Of a DNA stretch of 64,000 bases, positions 31,151 through 45,821 are shown one piece after another. Source of the DNA: Eledone cirrhosa (taxonomy: Eukaryota); contig OZ024759.1 in the NCBI GenBank assembly GCA_964016885.1, forward strand, positions 31,248,001-31,312,000, in the 5' to 3' direction. The position numbers and the translations under genes are program-made. Under the pieces are notes generated by a model. It did no database searches. It was not told the origin of the DNA and worked only from the letters and a program-made list of their open reading frames with translations. Numbering within the stretch: the stretch's first letter is position 1; every line of letters starts with the position of its first letter.

Positions 31151-31523
31151 ATATATAATATATCTATATATATATATTGTCTACCTGTAACGCATACCTA
31201 ATGATGTATTTGCGTGTGTATGCATATATACATACACATACATACATATATACATATACATACATATATACATACATATACATATATACATACATATACA
31301 TATATACATACATATATACATACATATATACACACATATATATGCATACACATATACATTCATATATACACACATATATATATGCATACACATATACATA
31401 CATATATACATACATATACATATATATACATGTATATATATATACATGTACCTATACATACCCACATTCATATATAAACACATATACACACATACATACA
31501 TATACACATATACACACATACAT

Positions 31524-31993
31524 ACATCACCATCGCCATCAGCACCACCACCATCACCACCATCACTATCAACGCCATCACCATCAACACCACCATAATC
31601 AATATCACCACCACCATCACCACCACCATCACCAGCACCTTCCCCACCACCACCAAAACCACCACCATCACCATCACTATCACCATCATCACCATCATCA
31701 TTATCATCATCACCACCATTATCACCACCATGACCATCACCACTACCATCACACCCATCACAACCATCACCGCCACCATCACCATCACCACGACCTACAC
31801 CACCACCATCATCACCATCATCATCATCACCACCATCATCATCATCATCACCACCACCATCACCATCACCACGACCAACACCACCACCATCATCATCATC
31901 ATCATCACCATCACTATCACTATCATCACCACCACCACCACCACTATCATCATCACCACCACCACCATTACCATCACACACCACCATCCCCAC

Positions 31994-32060
<67 letters not shown>
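31524..32060. repeat. (CAC/CAT)n trinucleotide tract
   Basis: Direct reading. Confidence 0.95.
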
Positions 32061-32061
<1 letters not shown>

Positions 32062-32406
32062 GGAACACGGTAGTAAGAGCTATTTCTTTAGAGTAAACAA
32101 CAAGCTGGTAAATATGGCGGAGCAAAGGTTATCGCAGCGATGTGTTAAAATTAGATACATGGAGAGAACATTGATAATGGCTGTGACCTACATACATCCC
32201 CTGGCCTACACCAGATTGGGTGAGGAGCAGACTGTACCACATTAGATTGGGGTAGGGCAGAGACACATCTGGTATGTTCGCTGTTCACTTCAATATTCAA
32301 CAGGTTTGAAATCGTGGAAGCTAATTAGAATTTCACTAAGCTTCCAAAGAAACAAGTTTAACTGTAAGAATTTCTATGTGTACCAAGCCTCTCTCGTTTC
32401 CCACCC

Positions 32407-32438
<32 letters not shown>

Positions 32439-32912
32439 ATTGTTTCTACTTTAGGCACAAGGCCAGCAATTACCCAGTGTATTACTGGTACTTTATTTTA
32501 TCGACCCCGTAAGGATGAAAGGCAAAGTCAACCTCGGCGGGATTTGAACTCAGATATATATAATATTAATTGTTTCTACTTTAGGCACAACGCCAGCAAT
32601 TACCCAGTGTATTACTGGTACTTTATTTTATCGACCCCGTCAGGATATAATATTAATTGTTTCTACTTTAGACACAAGGCCAGCAATTACCCAGTTCATT
32701 ACTGGTACTTTATTTTATCGACCCCGTCAGGATATAATATTAATTGTTTCTACTTTAGACACAAGGCCAGCAATTACCCAGTTCATTACTGGTACTTTAT
32801 TTTATCGACCCCGTAAGGATGAAAGGCAAAGTCAACCTCGGCGAGATTTGAACTCAGATCGTAAAGGGACGTAACTATGCTGGAAAGTATGGCGTCCGAC
32901 CCTCTACCGATA
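32439..32912 (-). mobile_element. OK-like SINE with its 3' part tandemly amplified (~87-bp units)
   Basis: atataatattaattgtttctacttt...gaccccgt repeated near 32558, 32646 and 32733. Confidence 0.85.
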
Positions 32913-32954
32913 TAATATTAATAAATAGAAAATATCTTTATAAAACCATATTTA

Positions 32955-33000
32955 TTTATATTTCAAGGGTACCAGTATTTTGGTACGCTATCGTCAGATA
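32955..33000 (-). ncRNA. Family C hammerhead motif inside short fold-back (~32913-33058)
   Basis: tat CTGACGA tagc-gtacca/aaatac/tggtac-cctt GAAATATA. Confidence 0.6.
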
Positions 33001-33115
33001 AAATACAATAATTGGTTTACATGGTTTTATAAAGATAGTTTCCATTTATTAATATTATTGATATTATACTCCAGAAGAAAGCTGTTGAGTGCTTCTAATC
33101 TGTTATAAATTAACT

Positions 33116-33173
<58 letters not shown>

Positions 33174-34006
33174 TGTTCATGTGAAATGAAGAATCTTGCA
33201 GGAAATCCTGACCCGAACACACTAACCACTAATCCGCGTGCCTTCTCTATTCTAGATATAAAGATTTCATTGATCCAGTATGTAACTGGCGCTGTATTTT
33301 CTCAACTTAAAAAGGATGAAAGGCAATGTTGAACTCGGCGTTATTTGAACTCAGAAGGTAAAGGGCCATAACTAAATGCTGCAACAAAACATTGTGTGCG
33401 ACGCTCTACCAATCCTGACAATCGCCCTTAAACCCTCACACACACACACGCGCGCGCGCGCATGTTTCAACCATAATCCGTAAGAGCAGGCACTAACTGT
33501 GAACAAAATATATCTGTGCCCGTACATGCTTGAGCATCAAACATTTTAAGCGAAGAATCCTTTTCAAAGGTAATATGTAACGTTCAGTACATTGAGTGGG
33601 CGTCCTTGTTTGTGTTTACGGCTTTATGTTTATGCTTGCGCTTGTGCGTCCATGTAAACTGTTCATTTGAAGTATAGAAAGAAACGTTTCAATTTATCTG
33701 TCATGCATCTAGCTGCTTGCTACAGAGATATTGGAAACCAGCAATTACTCTTTTTCTTCTTTTCTTCTTCATCATCTTACTGCATTATTACACACTCACA
33801 TTGCATGAAAGGTATGAATGAGTGGAGCATAAAATATCGCATGTATACAAGTGTATTATACACCACTGTAATCACTGTTTACCCTATAATTATCCCTAGT
33901 TGATCATTGCTTCTCGAAATAAATATACGTTTTTTTTTTTCCTGCTCCGAATTTTGTTAACTTCGTAGCTCTCAAAATATAGGTTTTCTGCGCGAGTTTG
34001 TATATG

Positions 34007-34039
<33 letters not shown>

Positions 34040-34040
34040 T

Positions 34041-34071
<31 letters not shown>

Positions 34072-34072
34072 T

Positions 34073-34103
<31 letters not shown>

Positions 34104-34201
34104 ATGTGTGTGTGTGTGTGTTTATATATATATGTGTGTGTGTTTATATATATATATATATATGCTTATTTCTATATATATGTGTGTGTGGGTGTGTGTG
34201 T

Positions 34202-34247
<46 letters not shown>

Positions 34248-34371
34248 ATATATATATATATATACGTTTATATAAATAATCCTACATTAACGTACGAAAT
34301 TGTATTTCCACTGGGTGGCTTATGAGGAATATAGAAACTTATATTTGGAAAAGTGATGGTGGTGGTAGTGA

Positions 34372-34433
<62 letters not shown>

Positions 34434-34907
34434 TGGTGTGGTGGTGGTAAACAATAATTCTAACCCACATGTAACATTTTAAGTCAGAGCTTTTTGGGCC
34501 ACTGCCCCGCTCACGGCCACATAATACCCTCAACCAGGGGCCTCCTTTGCCTTAAATATGTGAGGGAGACTAACCAACATTTGTTGCTTCTTAAAGGAGC
34601 ATGTTAGTATTGCTTATGGTGCCTTTCCGGGACCCTATTACACGAGTAAAATTTTACGGTAATTAAATTTTATATATTGAAATGAAGTTCAGATATAAAA
34701 AAAAATAAGCTTAAGAAGTATCAAATAAACAAAAAATAAAACATAGACGTTTGAAAAAGTGGGGGGGGGGGCTTGTCCCCTGGTACCCCCTTGAAACAGG
34801 GCCCTTGCCCTCAGCCCCCTCCTCCCCTATTTCCAGAGATACCTATCTACACGCAAATTGTAAATAATATATAATAAATCAAATCGTCAATTTATATATA
34901 ATAAATA

Positions 34908-35080
34908 ATTGTTTCGACTTTTTGGCACAAGGCCAGCTATTACCCAGTGCATTACTGGTACTTTATTTTATCGACCCCGTAAGGATGAAAGGCAAAGTTA
35001 ACCTCGGCGGGATTCGAACTCAGAATGGCAAGAGCCGTAACTCTGTGCATCAAAGCATAGCGTCCGACCCTCTACCGATA
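34908..35080 (-). mobile_element. OK-like SINE (also 33274-33428)
   Basis: Homology to the 15333 element. Confidence 0.8.
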
Positions 35081-35675
35081 ATATATACTATGTATAAATA
35101 AATATATTTTTTTATTTTACTATATTTATATATAGTATATATATATATATATTGATTATACTATTATATCATATCTTCCCCATACCCCCACCGCACCCTC
35201 TTAGGTTCCAGCGCCCCCTGGACCTTCTCTACGCCCCAGGGGGTTGGTAGCACCCACTTTGAGAACCTCAGCTCGAAGTGATCAACTACTCTGCCAGAAA
35301 GAGCAGCTAAATGTCACCCGAATTACACCAAAATTTTAAATTGAAAAAAAAAAAAGTTATTAATAAACCATGAAACACTGGATAATATACACATAGACAA
35401 CACCTGAAAAATGGAAAGGTCACGGTTGGAATACCTTCTATATATAAATATATATATATATTGGGGGAGTGAGGGGGGGGGCAACTGTCAGGAGACCCAT
35501 GGGTAGACTCCGAGAAAAATGGTTAGATAACATCTATGAGCTTGTTGGTTTCGCTTGGAAGATCCAGCCGGATCAGTCCAGAAATAGCCGTCGAAACAGC
35601 TTGAGCTCTGCCGTCGGGATCAAACATTTTCCTATTACCCACTCTACTACCCTAAGTATTGAGTAATCTGGTGCG

Positions 35676-35739
<64 letters not shown>

Positions 35740-35741
35740 CA

Positions 35742-35935
35742 AATTTAATATAGAAATGGCTTCTACAGGACTAGAACTGTTTCATTCGAAGGAAATCATC
35801 AGGAAAGCGATGGTTTCCTTCGCATGGAAGAGTTCTAGTCCCGTAGAAGCCATTTCTATATTAAATGTGTTGTATACACTCCACTAATGTATTGAGTACC
35901 TTACTTACTCTGGTTACTCCCGATTGAACCCGGAA
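35742..35935. mobile_element. Family A fold-back with minus-strand HHR (35758-35808) and degenerate inverted arm
   Basis: ttc CTGATGA tttccttcgaat GAA ACAG..CTGT A gaagcc; shares the gtattgagtaccttactta tail with 3769 and 52637. Confidence 0.75.
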
Positions 35936-35981
35936 CACACATATATATCGACAGGCGATCGATTTTCCTCGGTCCGATTTG

Positions 35982-36087
<106 letters not shown>

Positions 36088-36328
36088 AAGTAAAACAAGG
36101 ACGAGTGGTTACTCCTTCATTACGTTTATTGGTTGGTGACGCATGTTTCCCCACTGATCAGCTCAAGGTTCGATCTGTATCGATCTAGCCTGACTGTGTA
36201 ATCCACGGCTCGTCACACCCCTTATATATATATATAATATTAATATCAATGAGAGTAAATTTTACTCATTTACTAGGTGTTGTTTAGCTCAGTGCAGCTG
36301 TTTATAGTTACAGTTTGTTTACAAACAG

Positions 36329-36390
<62 letters not shown>

Positions 36391-36400
36391 TCTTAGATCT

Positions 36401-37079
36401 GTCTTAAGCCGGTGCTTATCCCGGTTTCATGGCGTGAAGCGTCTGAGAGTACAAGACTCCCCCCTGGACAGGACGCCAGTCCATCGCAGGGTTAAACCCC
36501 CAGCTATTGCTGAGAATACTGGAGCAATGTGAAGTGTTTGGCACTACCATGCTATTAGCTGTCAGAAGTGAAAGTTTCGTCAGCCTTCTCAATCGTAAAC
36601 ATCCTTTATTTCCGTATTACCACACGTTATTTTAATAAAGCATATCGATGTAAGTGGAGTTACTTAAATGAAAATATAGGTGGCCCTTAAAAGGGCCAAA
36701 TTAGAAAACAAATTTAAGTTAATTAGAAAACAAGTCATGGTTATCAAATAAATTGGATTTAATCATTTATATTTTCATAGTCATGGTTATCAATTTCATG
36801 TATAGGGTTGGTGAAAAAAATTTAATGTGATAACCATGACTTGTTTTCTAATTAACTTAAATGTGTTTTCTAATTTGGCCCTTTTAAGGGCCACCTATAT
36901 TTTCATTTAACTAACTCCACAATACGGAAATCAACGATGTTTACGATTGAGAAGATTGACGAAACTTTCACTTCTGACAGCTAATAGCATGGTAGTGCCA
37001 AGTGTTTTGCTCAAGAACACAACATGCAACCCAGGAATCGAACTCATGACATTATGATCGTAAATCCAACACCCTTACC
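36401..37079 (-). mobile_element. OR-like SINE interrupted by MITE
   Basis: Homologous to 28654-28877 on both sides of the insertion. Confidence 0.8.
36540..36999. mobile_element. Merlin-like palindromic MITE, 460 bp, 8-bp TSD AAGTGTTT
   Basis: TIR ggcactaccatgctattagctgtcagaagtgaaagtttcgtca; TSD at 36532-36539 and 37000-37007; empty site visible in the 28654 SINE. Confidence 0.8.
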
Positions 37080-37095
37080 TTATGTATGTAGGTAC

Positions 37096-37151
<56 letters not shown>

Positions 37152-37480
37152 GAGAGAGAGAGAGAATAGTGGTAACCGCTTTTTATAAGCAATCTCACGT
37201 TTTGTTAAAGTGGATGTGCCTAACAAATATTGCACGAGTGTGTCTGTGTGTGTAAGTGTATGTGTGTGTGTAACTGTAGGTGTGTAAGTGTATGTGTGTG
37301 TGTGTTTATGTTTACGTCTGTGTATGTGTCTATGTTTATATCCCTTCACATAGCGATTCAACAAAAACAAAACAACAGATCGATAAAAATAAGCACTGGA
37401 GGTTGATATAATTGATAAAATCAATAAACAATATGGTGCTCCAGCATGGACGTAGTTGAATGACTGAAACCAGTATAATA

Positions 37481-37953
37481 ATTATTTCTACATTTAGTAC
37501 AACGTCAGTAATATTGGTGGCAGAGGGGGAAAGCCGATCATATCAACCCCAGTGCATTACTGGTACTTTATTTTATTGACCAGGAAACGATGAAAGGCAA
37601 AGCTAACCTCGGCGGGATTTGAACTCAGAACGTAAAAGGCCGTAACTATATGCCGCAAAGCATACTGCCCGATGCTCTACCGGGTACGGTCAATCTGAAA
37701 CTAGTAAAATAATGGTTTCTGATTGAAGCACAAGGTCAGCAATTTTGTTTATTTTTTTTTTTAGAAGGGAGAGGAAAGTCAATTAAATCGATCTCAGTGC
37801 ATTACTGGTACTTTATTTTCTCGATGACTCCGTAAGGGTGAAATGCAAAGCTAACCTCGGCGAGATTCGAAATCAGAAACAAGTAAAGAGTTGTAACAAT
37901 ATGCCACAAAGCATAGTATCCGACGCTCTACCGATTTCTGTGAATCTACCACC
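37481..37953 (-). mobile_element. Two tandem OK-like SINEs
   Basis: Homology to the 15333 element. Confidence 0.8.
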
Positions 37954-38372
37954 TTACTAACATAAAAACCAGTAAAATATTAACAGCATAGGTAAATAGA
38001 TGATTACAGGTAAGTCGAAATAAATTAAAGATAATATAATTGTCACTTACCGCAGCAACATCCGTGGAATAATTATATAATAATTATAATAATTATATAT
38101 AATAATTGTATATGATATTGTATATGATGTGGTATATGATGTGGTATATGATGTGGTATATGATGTGGTGTACGAAAACTTCAGTGTTGGTATCAAAATA
38201 ATGTTATGATAATGTACAATATCGTAGCTTCAAATTAGTTTAACTTCGCGCGTCGCACGAAAACGAAAACTTTATTAAAAGACAGACATGTGTGGAGATG
38301 TATGTGATGTGTGTATCTATCTATGTATGTACGTATGTATGAAGGAAGTGTGGTGTGTGTGTGTTTGTGTGT

Positions 38373-38408
<36 letters not shown>

Positions 38409-38515
38409 GGAAGAGTGTATGTATGCATATATAATTACATGTAAAAATCTATTTCTATTTCAATGTATATGTATGCATGTATAGATGTGTATGTATGTAT
38501 GCTGTCCGTACACAT

Positions 38516-38619
<104 letters not shown>

Positions 38620-38659
38620 TGAAAGACAGAGAGACAAGTTTATATAGATGTGTGTTTAC

Positions 38660-38708
<49 letters not shown>

Positions 38709-39156
38709 GGGGTATATGTGTGTCCCTGTGTATGTATGTATGTATTTATGTAACTACCTGTATACGTATGTGTATTAGTACCTCAAGGTCCCAGCGTATG
38801 CCCGTGTGTTCGTGTGGGAGATATGGTGTAAATCCTTGGCGTTCACAGCATTTCTTCATTCTTCAAATACATACACTTGTGTGTGTGTGTGTCTGTGTGT
38901 GTGTGTGTGTGTGCATTCATATATATGTTTATATATATTTATATATACATGTGCAAGTGTGTGAGTGTCTGTGTGTGTGTGTGTATGTGTATGTGTACGA
39001 TGAGTATATACGTGTAGTTGTTAGTCCACTCGCATGCATGCATTAGTCAGGTTGTAAATATATATGTGCGCATGCGTGTGTTGTGTGTGTGTGTGTGTAT
39101 ATATATACATGTGTTTTTAAATGTCACATATATATATATATGTGTGTGTGTTTTTG

Positions 39157-39192
<36 letters not shown>

Positions 39193-39465
39193 CGTGTGTT
39201 TTAATATATGTGTGTATGTGTTTTTGTATGTGTGCGTGTAAATGTTATAATGTATACATATATGTATATCTGTGTATGTGTGTGTATATGTATATGTGCT
39301 TGTAAACGTTATGTATTTTATGCATATATATGATTGTGAGTGTGTGTGTGTATGTGTGTGTCTATGTGTGTGTGTGTGTATATGTGTATGTACTCTATAA
39401 GTGCATATGTGATTGTTTATGTCGCTGCATACGATGCATTAATTAAGTGTATATGCGTATGTATG

Positions 39466-39520
<55 letters not shown>

Positions 39521-39837
39521 TTGCGTATGTCCGTATGTACGTGTGTGTATGTGTGTATGTGCGTGTGTGTGTATGTGCTTATGTCTGTATGTCCGTACGT
39601 ATGTATGTGTATGTGTGTGTGTGTGTCTGTCTGTGTGTGTGTGCTTATGTCTGTATGTGCGTACGTGCTGATGCTGCTACGTACCAATGTGTGTATGCAT
39701 CTATGTGCTTATGTGTGTATGTGCATATGTCTGTATGTCCGTATGTGTGTATGCGCTTATATCAATATTTCCGTGTATGTGTATGCGTCTGTCTATGCGT
39801 GTATATGTGTATGAGCCTATGTCTGTATGTGTGTATG

Positions 39838-40070
39838 CGTGTAAATGTGTATGTGTCAATGCCTGTGTTTTCGTATGTATGTATGCATGTAAATGTGTAT
39901 GTGTCAATGCCTGTGTCCCTATGTGTGTGTGTGCGTGTAAATATGTATGTGTCAATGCCTGTGTTTCCGTATGTATGTATGCGTGTAAATGTGTATGTGT
40001 CAATGCCTGTGTTTTCGTATGTATGTATGCGTGTAAATGTGTATGTGTCAATGCCTGTGTTTTCGTATGT
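39838..40070. repeat. ~48-bp minisatellite, ~5 copies
   Basis: gtaaatgtgtatgtgtcaatgcctgtgttttcgtatgtatgtatgcgt. Confidence 0.85.
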
Positions 40071-40508
40071 GTGTGTGTGTATGTGCGTATATGCCTACAT
40101 CCTTATTTCCGTGTGTGCCTATGTTTTCTACAAGTCTACGTGCGTATTTCAGCATATGTGTACGCGCCTGTGTACGTGCCTGTGTGTATGTAGGTGTGTA
40201 TATGTACACGTGCGTATGTGTACCTCCCGCCTGACACACACTCTTCCAGCCTCACGCCTCTGTTGCTGTTTCCAGCTCTTGTTGTCATACCAAGTTGATT
40301 TCCTCCTTCACTTCGCTTCAGGTTTTCACACATGAATTACAGTCGGAAGAGACATGTATGTGAGTATGTATGTGAGTATGTATGTGTGTATGTGTGTGTG
40401 TATGTGTGTGTGTGTGTGTATGGGTTTGTGTGTATGTGAGTGTATGTGTTTTTGTGTGTATATATACATATATATACATATATATACATATATATATATA
40501 TACATACA

Positions 40509-40597
<89 letters not shown>

Positions 40598-40718
40598 CAC
40601 GTCAGAATGAGAAATTAAAGAATAAATAGAAATGTTTGTATATATATATCATCATCATCATCATCATCATCATCAACGTTTAACGTCCGTGTTCCATGCT
40701 TGCATGGGTTTGGACGGG

Positions 40719-40771
<53 letters not shown>

Positions 40772-41078
40772 GGTGGCTGCCAACTCGTTTTCGAGTACGG
40801 CCACTACTTTATATCCATGTAGGAGAACCCCAACCGATGCGCTGAACGAGTGTGACTTTTTAATCCAACCAGCGACTTGAAAACTCTGGTACAAACACTA
40901 CACTTGTGACAATTATTGACACATAGTGCTGGGCCCATGGTACCATGTGACGACAAGTGCAGAGAGATCTCCAGATATAAAGTAATGCCTGTGCCGTGAA
41001 GCTTTTATAGTGAGCAAAGGCAGTGCACAAATCCAGTCCCACTCTCTTAACCAAGATGATATTTACCAAAAAGAAGAA
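40772..41078 (-). mobile_element. Family D element, 5'-truncated
   Basis: High identity to the 19998 copy. Confidence 0.8.
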
Positions 41079-41733
41079 CATACATACATACAGACATACA
41101 TACATTAGTCTGATAGACATATCTTCGGGACATTATTCATCGGAGAAGGACGTCCAACCACACCTCCGTGCTGTGATAATGATGTATGAGGATTTGTTGT
41201 AATTATGGAAATTAAGCATTTGATAATAATTTCATAAAAACAACCAAAATAAAGGTGAAAATAAATATCAATAAAAATAATAATAATAATGTTTTCTAAT
41301 TTTGGCTGAAAGCCACAAGGTAACTGAATCGACGCCAATACCTTGAGATGCTTATTGTATCGATTTTAGAGTATGTAAGTCCACATTGCCTTAGATTTAG
41401 CACTAAATGCAACCATTTCCTATAGACTAAATAAGGCTGTCAGGTAAATAAAGACTTGACAATAACAGAAATCAAAGAAATATGGTTTTTTTTTTCAGCT
41501 TTATTACCATATAGTTAACTATTTGTTATTTTGTTATTTTGTCAAAACTTTTTTCGTCACACATATTGTGGCCTCTTCAATGACTATTTGTTCTTCTCTG
41601 TGTCTCCTCCTCTTTTATTTTTGGGGGTCTTAGTCCGTTTACTCTATTGTCTGACAATATATATATATATATTGCCACGCATTTCGAAGATTGTGTTTCG
41701 TTATTTCGTGGGCCGAGATTCCGATTCTCGATA

Positions 41734-41806
<73 letters not shown>

Positions 41807-42129
41807 TAGATATAGATATATATATATATATATATATATTAAGGAAAAAAACATGAATTTTTCTGTAGATGTCTTTATGCTTTCATTGAATATCGAATAT
41901 CGATCTATTGAATCACCAGTGTGGCGAGCAGATCAATGTTAGAGTCGGGTCCATAGCTTCCTAAGGTGACCTTAAACCAATCAACTACGAAACTCACGTA
42001 ACAGTTCAATACACAATACACAGTTCAATACATGTACACGAGACTCCGTCGTTTTTACTTTTATAAACTCTGCCTTGGCATCGAGTGATCATATTGGTAC
42101 GACTAACAATCATTTACATTGCGTATGTG

Positions 42130-42642
42130 TTGTGTGCTTGTGTATGTAGCTGCCTGTATGAGCATGAGTGTGTGTTTGTGTGTGTGTTGTGTGCTTGTGT
42201 ATGTAGCTGCCTGTATGAGCATGAGTGTGTGTTTGTGTGTGTGTGTGTATGTAGCTGCCTGTATGAGCATGAGTGTGTGTGTGTGTATGTGTGTGTGTGT
42301 GTATGTAGCTGCCTGTATGAGCATGAGTGTGTGTTTGTGTGTGTGTGTGTATGTAGCTGCCTGTATGAGCATGAGTGTGTGTGTGTGTGTATGTAGCTGC
42401 CTGTATGAGCATGAGTGTGTGTGTGTGTGTGTGTATGTAGCTGCCTGTATGAGCATGAGTGTGTGTGTGTGTATGTGTGTGTGTGTGTATGTAGCTGCCT
42501 GTATGAGCATGAGTGTGTGTGTGTGTGTGTGTGTATGTAGCTGCCTGTATGAGCATGAGTGTGTGTGTGTGTGTGTGTGTATGTAGCTGCCTGTATGAGC
42601 ATGAGTGTGTGTGTGTGTGTGTGTAGCTGCCTGTATGAGCAT

Positions 42643-42687
<45 letters not shown>

Positions 42688-42808
42688 TGTGTGTGTATGT
42701 AGCTGTCTGTATGAGCATGAGTGTGTGTTTGTGTGTGTGTGTGTATGTAGCTGCCTGTATGAGCATGAGTGTGTGTGTGTGTGTATGTAGCTGCCTGTAT
42801 GAGCATGA

Positions 42809-42843
<35 letters not shown>

Positions 42844-43118
42844 TGTGTGTGTATGTAGCTGCCTGTATGAGCATGAGTGTGTGTGTGTGTGTGTGTATGT
42901 AGCTGCCTGTATGAGCATGAGTGTGTGTGTGTATGTGTGTGTGTGTGTATGTAGCTGCCTGTATGAGCATGAGTGTGTGTGTGTATGTGTGTGTGTGTGT
43001 ATGTAGCTGCCTGTATGAGCATGAGTGTGTGTGTGTGTGTGTGTGTGTATGTAGCTGCCTGTATGAGCATGAGTGTGTGTTTGTGTGTGTGTGTGTATGT
43101 AGCTGCCTGTATGAGCAT

Positions 43119-43154
<36 letters not shown>

Positions 43155-43356
43155 AGCTGCCTGTATGAGCATGAGTGTGTGTGTGTGTGTGTGTATGTAG
43201 CTGCCTGTATGAGCATGAGTGTGTGTGTGTGTGTATGTAGCTGCCTGTATGAGCATGAGTGTGTGTGTGTGTATGTGTGTGTGTGTATATGTAGCTGCCT
43301 GTATGAGCATGAGTGTGTGTGTGTGTGTGTGTATGTAGCTGCCTGTATGAGCATGA

Positions 43357-43391
<35 letters not shown>

Positions 43392-43646
43392 TGTGTGTGT
43401 ATGTAGCTGTCTGTATGAGCATGAGTGTGTGTTCGTGTGTGTGTGTGTATGTAGCTGCCTGTATGAGCATGAGTGTGTGTGTGTGTATGTGTGTGTGTGT
43501 GTATGTAGCTGCCTGTATGAGCATGAGTTTGTGTCTGTGTGTGTGTGTGTATGTAGCTGCCTGTATGAGCATGAGTGTGTGTGTGTGTGTGTGTGTGTGA
43601 TGTATGTAGCTGCCTGTATGAGCATGAGTGTGTGTGTGTGTGTGTG
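42130..43646. repeat. Compound minisatellite: constant 26-mer plus variable (GT)n, roughly 30+ units
   Basis: gtatgtagctgcctgtatgagcatga separated by GT runs. Confidence 0.95.
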
Positions 43647-43902
43647 TTTCTTCATATGTAAGTGCGTGTGATGTGTGATACACACAGATGTCTACTTGAC
43701 ATAAGACATTAAAGCCACTGCAGCTCACTAAAAAAAAATGACAAAGAACAACAACAACAACAACAGCTGCAACAACAATAACAGCATTAATAACAACAAC
43801 AACAACAACAACACAACAACAACAGTAACAGTAACAATAACAACAACAGCAGCACCATGACAGGTGTTTCTATCCAGATGGAGTTTAGTTCCTTAATGTC
43901 AA

Positions 43903-43954
<52 letters not shown>

Positions 43955-44040
43955 GCCACCACCTGACATAATCAGTATATGAGACAGAAAGACACACACA
44001 CATACACAGAAAGACACATAAACTTTATATATATATATAT

Positions 44041-44129
<89 letters not shown>

Positions 44130-44140
44130 CGCAGACAGAC

Positions 44141-44171
<31 letters not shown>

Positions 44172-44190
44172 ATGAGAGAGAGATAAAGAC

Positions 44191-44243
<53 letters not shown>

Positions 44244-44256
44244 GGCGCAGACAGAC

Positions 44257-44295
<39 letters not shown>

Positions 44296-44314
44296 ATGAG
44301 AGAGAGATAAAGAC

Positions 44315-44407
<93 letters not shown>

Positions 44408-44619
44408 GAGAGAAATGATATATATTTCCTGTGAGAATAACTTCACAATAATGAAACTAAATACACGAGAATGAAATGATTTGATCTATCGATCTATTGG
44501 TTTGTTGGTCTCTGATTAGATTGATTCAATGGGGTATGCTAGTTATTTTGTACAGAGGTCATCATAGAAATATCACGTAAATTGATTAGTTTGGGGTAAC
44601 ACTTATTGGCAAATGGCCT

Positions 44620-45295
44620 CTTCGAATTGAGAGATCACAGCTCCGATGCTACAGACATGTGGTTAGAATGTCTCAGGAGAGAATCACTGGAGTCACTCCA
44701 GGTAGAGCAGCTACTTCTCCAAATTGAGAGACCACAGCTTAGATATTACAGACATGTGGTTAGAATGTCTCAAGAGAGAATCACTGGAGTCACTCCAGGT
44801 AGAGCAGCTACTTCTCCAAATTGAGAGATCACAGCTTAGATATTACAGACATGTGGTTAGAATGTCTCAGGAAAGAATCACTGGAGTCACTCCCGGTAGA
44901 GCAGCTACTTCTCCAAATTGAGAGACCACAGCTTAGATATTACAGACATGTGGTTAGAATGTCTCAGGAGAGAATCACTGGAGCGTCACTCCAGGTAGAG
45001 CTGCTACTTCTCTAAATTGAGAGACCACAGCTTAGATATTACAGACATGTGGTTAGAATGTCTCAGGAAAGAATCGCTGGACAGATTTTACTGGCAAAAC
45101 CAACCGGCAAGAGACCCAGGGGTAGACCTCGAGCAAGATGGTTGAATAACATCCAAGAACTTGGCTGGTTTCGCTTGGGAATCCAACCGGATCAGTTGGA
45201 GACGGTTGCTTCGAATTGAGAGATCACAGCTCAGATATTGCAGACATGTTAGAATGTCTCAGGAAAGAATCACTGGAGTCACTCCAGGTAGAACC
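44620..45295 (+). mobile_element. RTE-clade LINE ORF C-terminal fragment amplified as 97-bp tandem repeat
   Basis: LLLQIERSQLRYYRHVVRMSQERI..QILLAKPTGKRPRGRPRARWLNNI is the RTE C-terminal motif; related fragment at ~35490-35577. Confidence 0.85.
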
Positions 45296-45807
45296 ATACA
45301 TATATATATATATAACATTAGCCCGGTATACTACATATATAATCATTACACACACACACTACAACATATACATACATATCACATCGTCACATACACACAC
45401 TCAACACACACACACACACACTCACACACATGCATATGTACTACAAGTCCACATTACACCTCCACACTCGAAATACACACATACACACACTCTCAATACA
45501 TACACACATTCTAAACACACACACAGACATGCATATGTATTACAACTGCACATTACACTTCCGCACTCTAAACACACACACACACACGTACACACACACA
45601 CACATGCAGCGAGAGACACTAAACATATACACACACAGTCTACCATACTACACTCTCAACAACGAACTCTAAAAGATTCAACTGTCCCCCTCCCCCCTCT
45701 CACCGTATCTCCTATTCACCTCCTCCTCCTCTCTCCCTCCCTCCCCCCTCTCTCTCTCTCTCTCTCCATTCTCATCTTCTTCGTATTCTCTGTCATCGCT
45801 AATATCG

Positions 45808-45821
45808 GTTGCTATGGTAAC
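45808..45821. promoter_or_regulatory. RFX X-box motif
   Basis: GTTGCTATGGTAAC fits GTNRCY-N(0-3)-RGYAAC in unique sequence. Confidence 0.45.

Noticed and set aside
32113-32245. MAEQRLSQ... start in aaatatggcgg context
   Set aside because: Short and unrecognised; the motif could be chance or YY1-like.
41541-41584. Further HHR-like motifs (also ~8262-8286, ~30880-30908, ~52911-52940)
   Set aside because: Core nucleotides are mutated or stems are weak; possibly fossils, not called.
42130-43646. CRISPR-like repeat-spacer pattern
   Set aside because: Spacers are only GT runs; eukaryotic context; no cas genes.
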